Source: Schizosaccharomyces osmophilus (taxonomy: Eukaryota). Taken from it: a stretch of DNA of 64,000 nucleotides. Location: contig NC_079238.1 of assembly GCF_027921745.1 (NCBI RefSeq), positions 1,922,001 to 1,986,000 on the forward strand, given 5' to 3'. Both the position numbers and the translations under genes were made by a program. This document shows positions 61,904 through 64,000 of this stretch, piece by piece. Under the pieces are notes generated by a model that was not told where the DNA came from, did not search any database, and saw only the letters and a program-made list of their open reading frames with translations. How positions within the stretch are numbered: the first letter of the stretch is position 1; each line of letters starts with the position of its first letter.

Positions 61904-62811
61904 TTTGTATCTAGCTGTACTAGTGTGTATATGCGAAATGGACAACTAGAAAGAGTATAATTTCAAAAAGGGAAAAATTACAAAGGACAAGACAAGAGGT
62001 GCTTTTAAAGACAATGAAGTAAAGGAACCCTTTTAGTCAGATTAAACAAAGGCCAAAGTCAAAGTAAAACACGTAAACACGTTCTTAAGTTAAATAATTG
62101 AATAAAACAAGTCCTGACAATTCACAACTTTGTAGACTTGATGTTGGGAATTGGCAGTATGAGAGATTCCAGTCGAATGTCTACCTCACCATTATCGAAT
62201 ATTAGTATTATATAAGTATATTGCTAATTAGGTGCCACTCTACCATACAAAGCAATTTTTTTTTTTTTTTAATTTACAAATAGGATTCCTTTTTTATAAA
62301 AAAATTTCTTCCTCCATTTGTTTTTCTGATGATCGTTTACCGGCCGTTTTCCTTCCTTTTGGAGAGATGTTAAATGACTTTCGTGAGCCGAATCTCCACT
62401 GTCGAATAGACCAAAGCAGCTAAAGTAGTATGGACCTAAAAAAATTATAAAAGACAATGCAAAATTTCGAAGCAACTTCTTAAAGAAGGCCCTTCGACCT
62501 TCACCCTAAGGGCCATTTGCCAATGCAAGCACGTAGCCGATTCAAACCATCAATGCCATCCGTTGCTTATTAGAAGTACACTAATTAAGAAAATAAGTTT
62601 TTCACTTGATCGTCTCAATACTCTTCCTAATGATGTTTTTTGTTTTTCACCTTCTTGTTTACACATTATTTTGTCATAGATGTTACTTGAGAAAAGTAGC
62701 AGTTAAAGTAGCATTGCGATGAGGATGTAAGGTTACTTTCTACTACCATACATTGTAAACAGGGCACTCGATTCTTGATTACATATCAATTCTAGTTGTC
62801 TTTGAGCTATA

Positions 62812-64000
62812 ATGAGTAGCAGCTCAACCGTTACGAAAAAAAAGGGCACGAAGCTAAAGCGGCCGTATGTAAATTAACGATTTTGCGGAATGACAAGTTA
62901 ACATCATTGGATTAGTGATAAATCGCGTTTCGTACAGCAGACTCTTCCTGCTTGGCAATTTATCTTTACGCCATGGTCTGTTCTTCCTTTGCTATTTGTA
63001 TTGGGGGTCATATTTGCTCCTCTGGGTGGAGCAATGTACGTAGCTAGTCAACGGGTATGTTTTGTTATAAAATTCACGCTTGAAAGTAATGTGCATCTTA
63101 AAAGTACAGTACAAGTATTTTGTGGATTTCATTTACGATTACCGAGTTCCTTTTTGTTTAACAACATTGCTAGGTACGAGAAGTAAGGCTTGACTATACG
63201 AATTGCTTAAATGCTGGTACTACTTTTACGGACGTACCTGAAAAGAATATTGTGTATCAAATGAGTGAATATAATAATGTGTCTGCTAAATGGAAGTCAG
63301 AAAATGATCATTGCTATATACGTTTTAAAATCCCAGAAAAATTGGGTGCTCCATTGTATTCCTTTTATCGCTTGACAAATTTCTATCAGAACCATCGTCG
63401 GTATACTGCAAGCGTTGATGTTCTTCAGCTCCGTGGTGAAGCAAGGACAGCGGAAGAGATTGAAGTAGGCGAATGTAGCCCATTAACTCTTAATGAAAAC
63501 AGAAAACCATATTATCCTTGTGGTTTAATAGCCAATTCATTATTTAATGATACTTTTTCATCGCTCATTCGCTACGATTCGTGGGATAGCACGAATTTGT
63601 TGGATGTTTACCAAATGACTTCAAACGGAACAGCCTGGCCGGAGGATAAAGAGCGTTATATGAAGACCAGCTACAACGCTTCCGACGTTGTCCCGCCTCC
63701 AAATTGGTCCCAGAAATATCCTGATGGATACAACGACGAAAATTTCCCTGATATATCCGCCTGGGATGAATTGCAGGTATGGATGAGAATAGCAGCTCTT
63801 CCGACTTTTAGTAAGCTTTCAAAGAAAAATTCCACGGAAGAATTGGAACCTGGTATTTATGAAGTTGATATAGGTTACAATTTCCCTGTAACCGAATTCG
63901 GAGGCACCAAGTCCTTTATGCTTTCTACAACTACCGCCATAGGTGGTAAGAACTACTTCTTAGGGATCATGTATATGGTAATTGCTGGCCTAAACATTGC
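62812..64000 (+). CDS. ivn1: Cdc50/Lem3-family flippase beta subunit Ivn1 (truncated at window end; two introns seen)
   Basis: KRP/DKSRFVQQTLPAWQFIFTP, YRLTNFYQNHRRY, YYPCGLIANSLFNDTF, LQVWMRIAALPTFSKL, IGGKNYFLG. Confidence 0.9.

Overview
Eukaryotic, gene-dense, intron-containing window from a fission yeast of the genus Schizosaccharomyces. The proteins are clearly diverged from S. pombe, so an octosporus/cryophilus/osmophilus-type species is likely, but the species cannot be fixed from this sequence. The window is collinear, in inverted orientation, with the S. pombe chromosome II interval mep33-sua1-mgr2-uds1-meu25-ask1-pga2-(App1-like)-rpl26-isp4-atf1-fic1-mbf1-(Iml2-like)-wdr74-rfc5-yhm2-pet2-emc7-lin1-rvb2-jmj3-rtc6-yme2-apc15-rpl43-ucp8-naa25-shy1-pht1-cdc2-(WW protein)-ivn1. 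It holds 33 protein-coding genes (two truncated by the window edges) and one tRNA-Thr(UGU). Many spliced gene models were rebuilt by hand from GT/branch/AG signals because the ORF track only shows fragments. No transposon, LTR, wtf gene, 5S rDNA or CRISPR array was seen, and I found no convincing novel multi-gene system. The most notable items are: (i) the RITS subunit gene tas3, which sits between apc15 and rpl43 in S. pombe, is absent from its syntenic slot; (ii) candidate 5'UTR introns in atf1, fic1 (with an overlapping uORF) and shy1; (iii) an altered H2A.Z N-terminus; (iv) several perfect palindromes or hairpins and transcription-factor motif clusters. Gene names rest on my recollection of S. 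pombe proteins and gene order, not on a database search.
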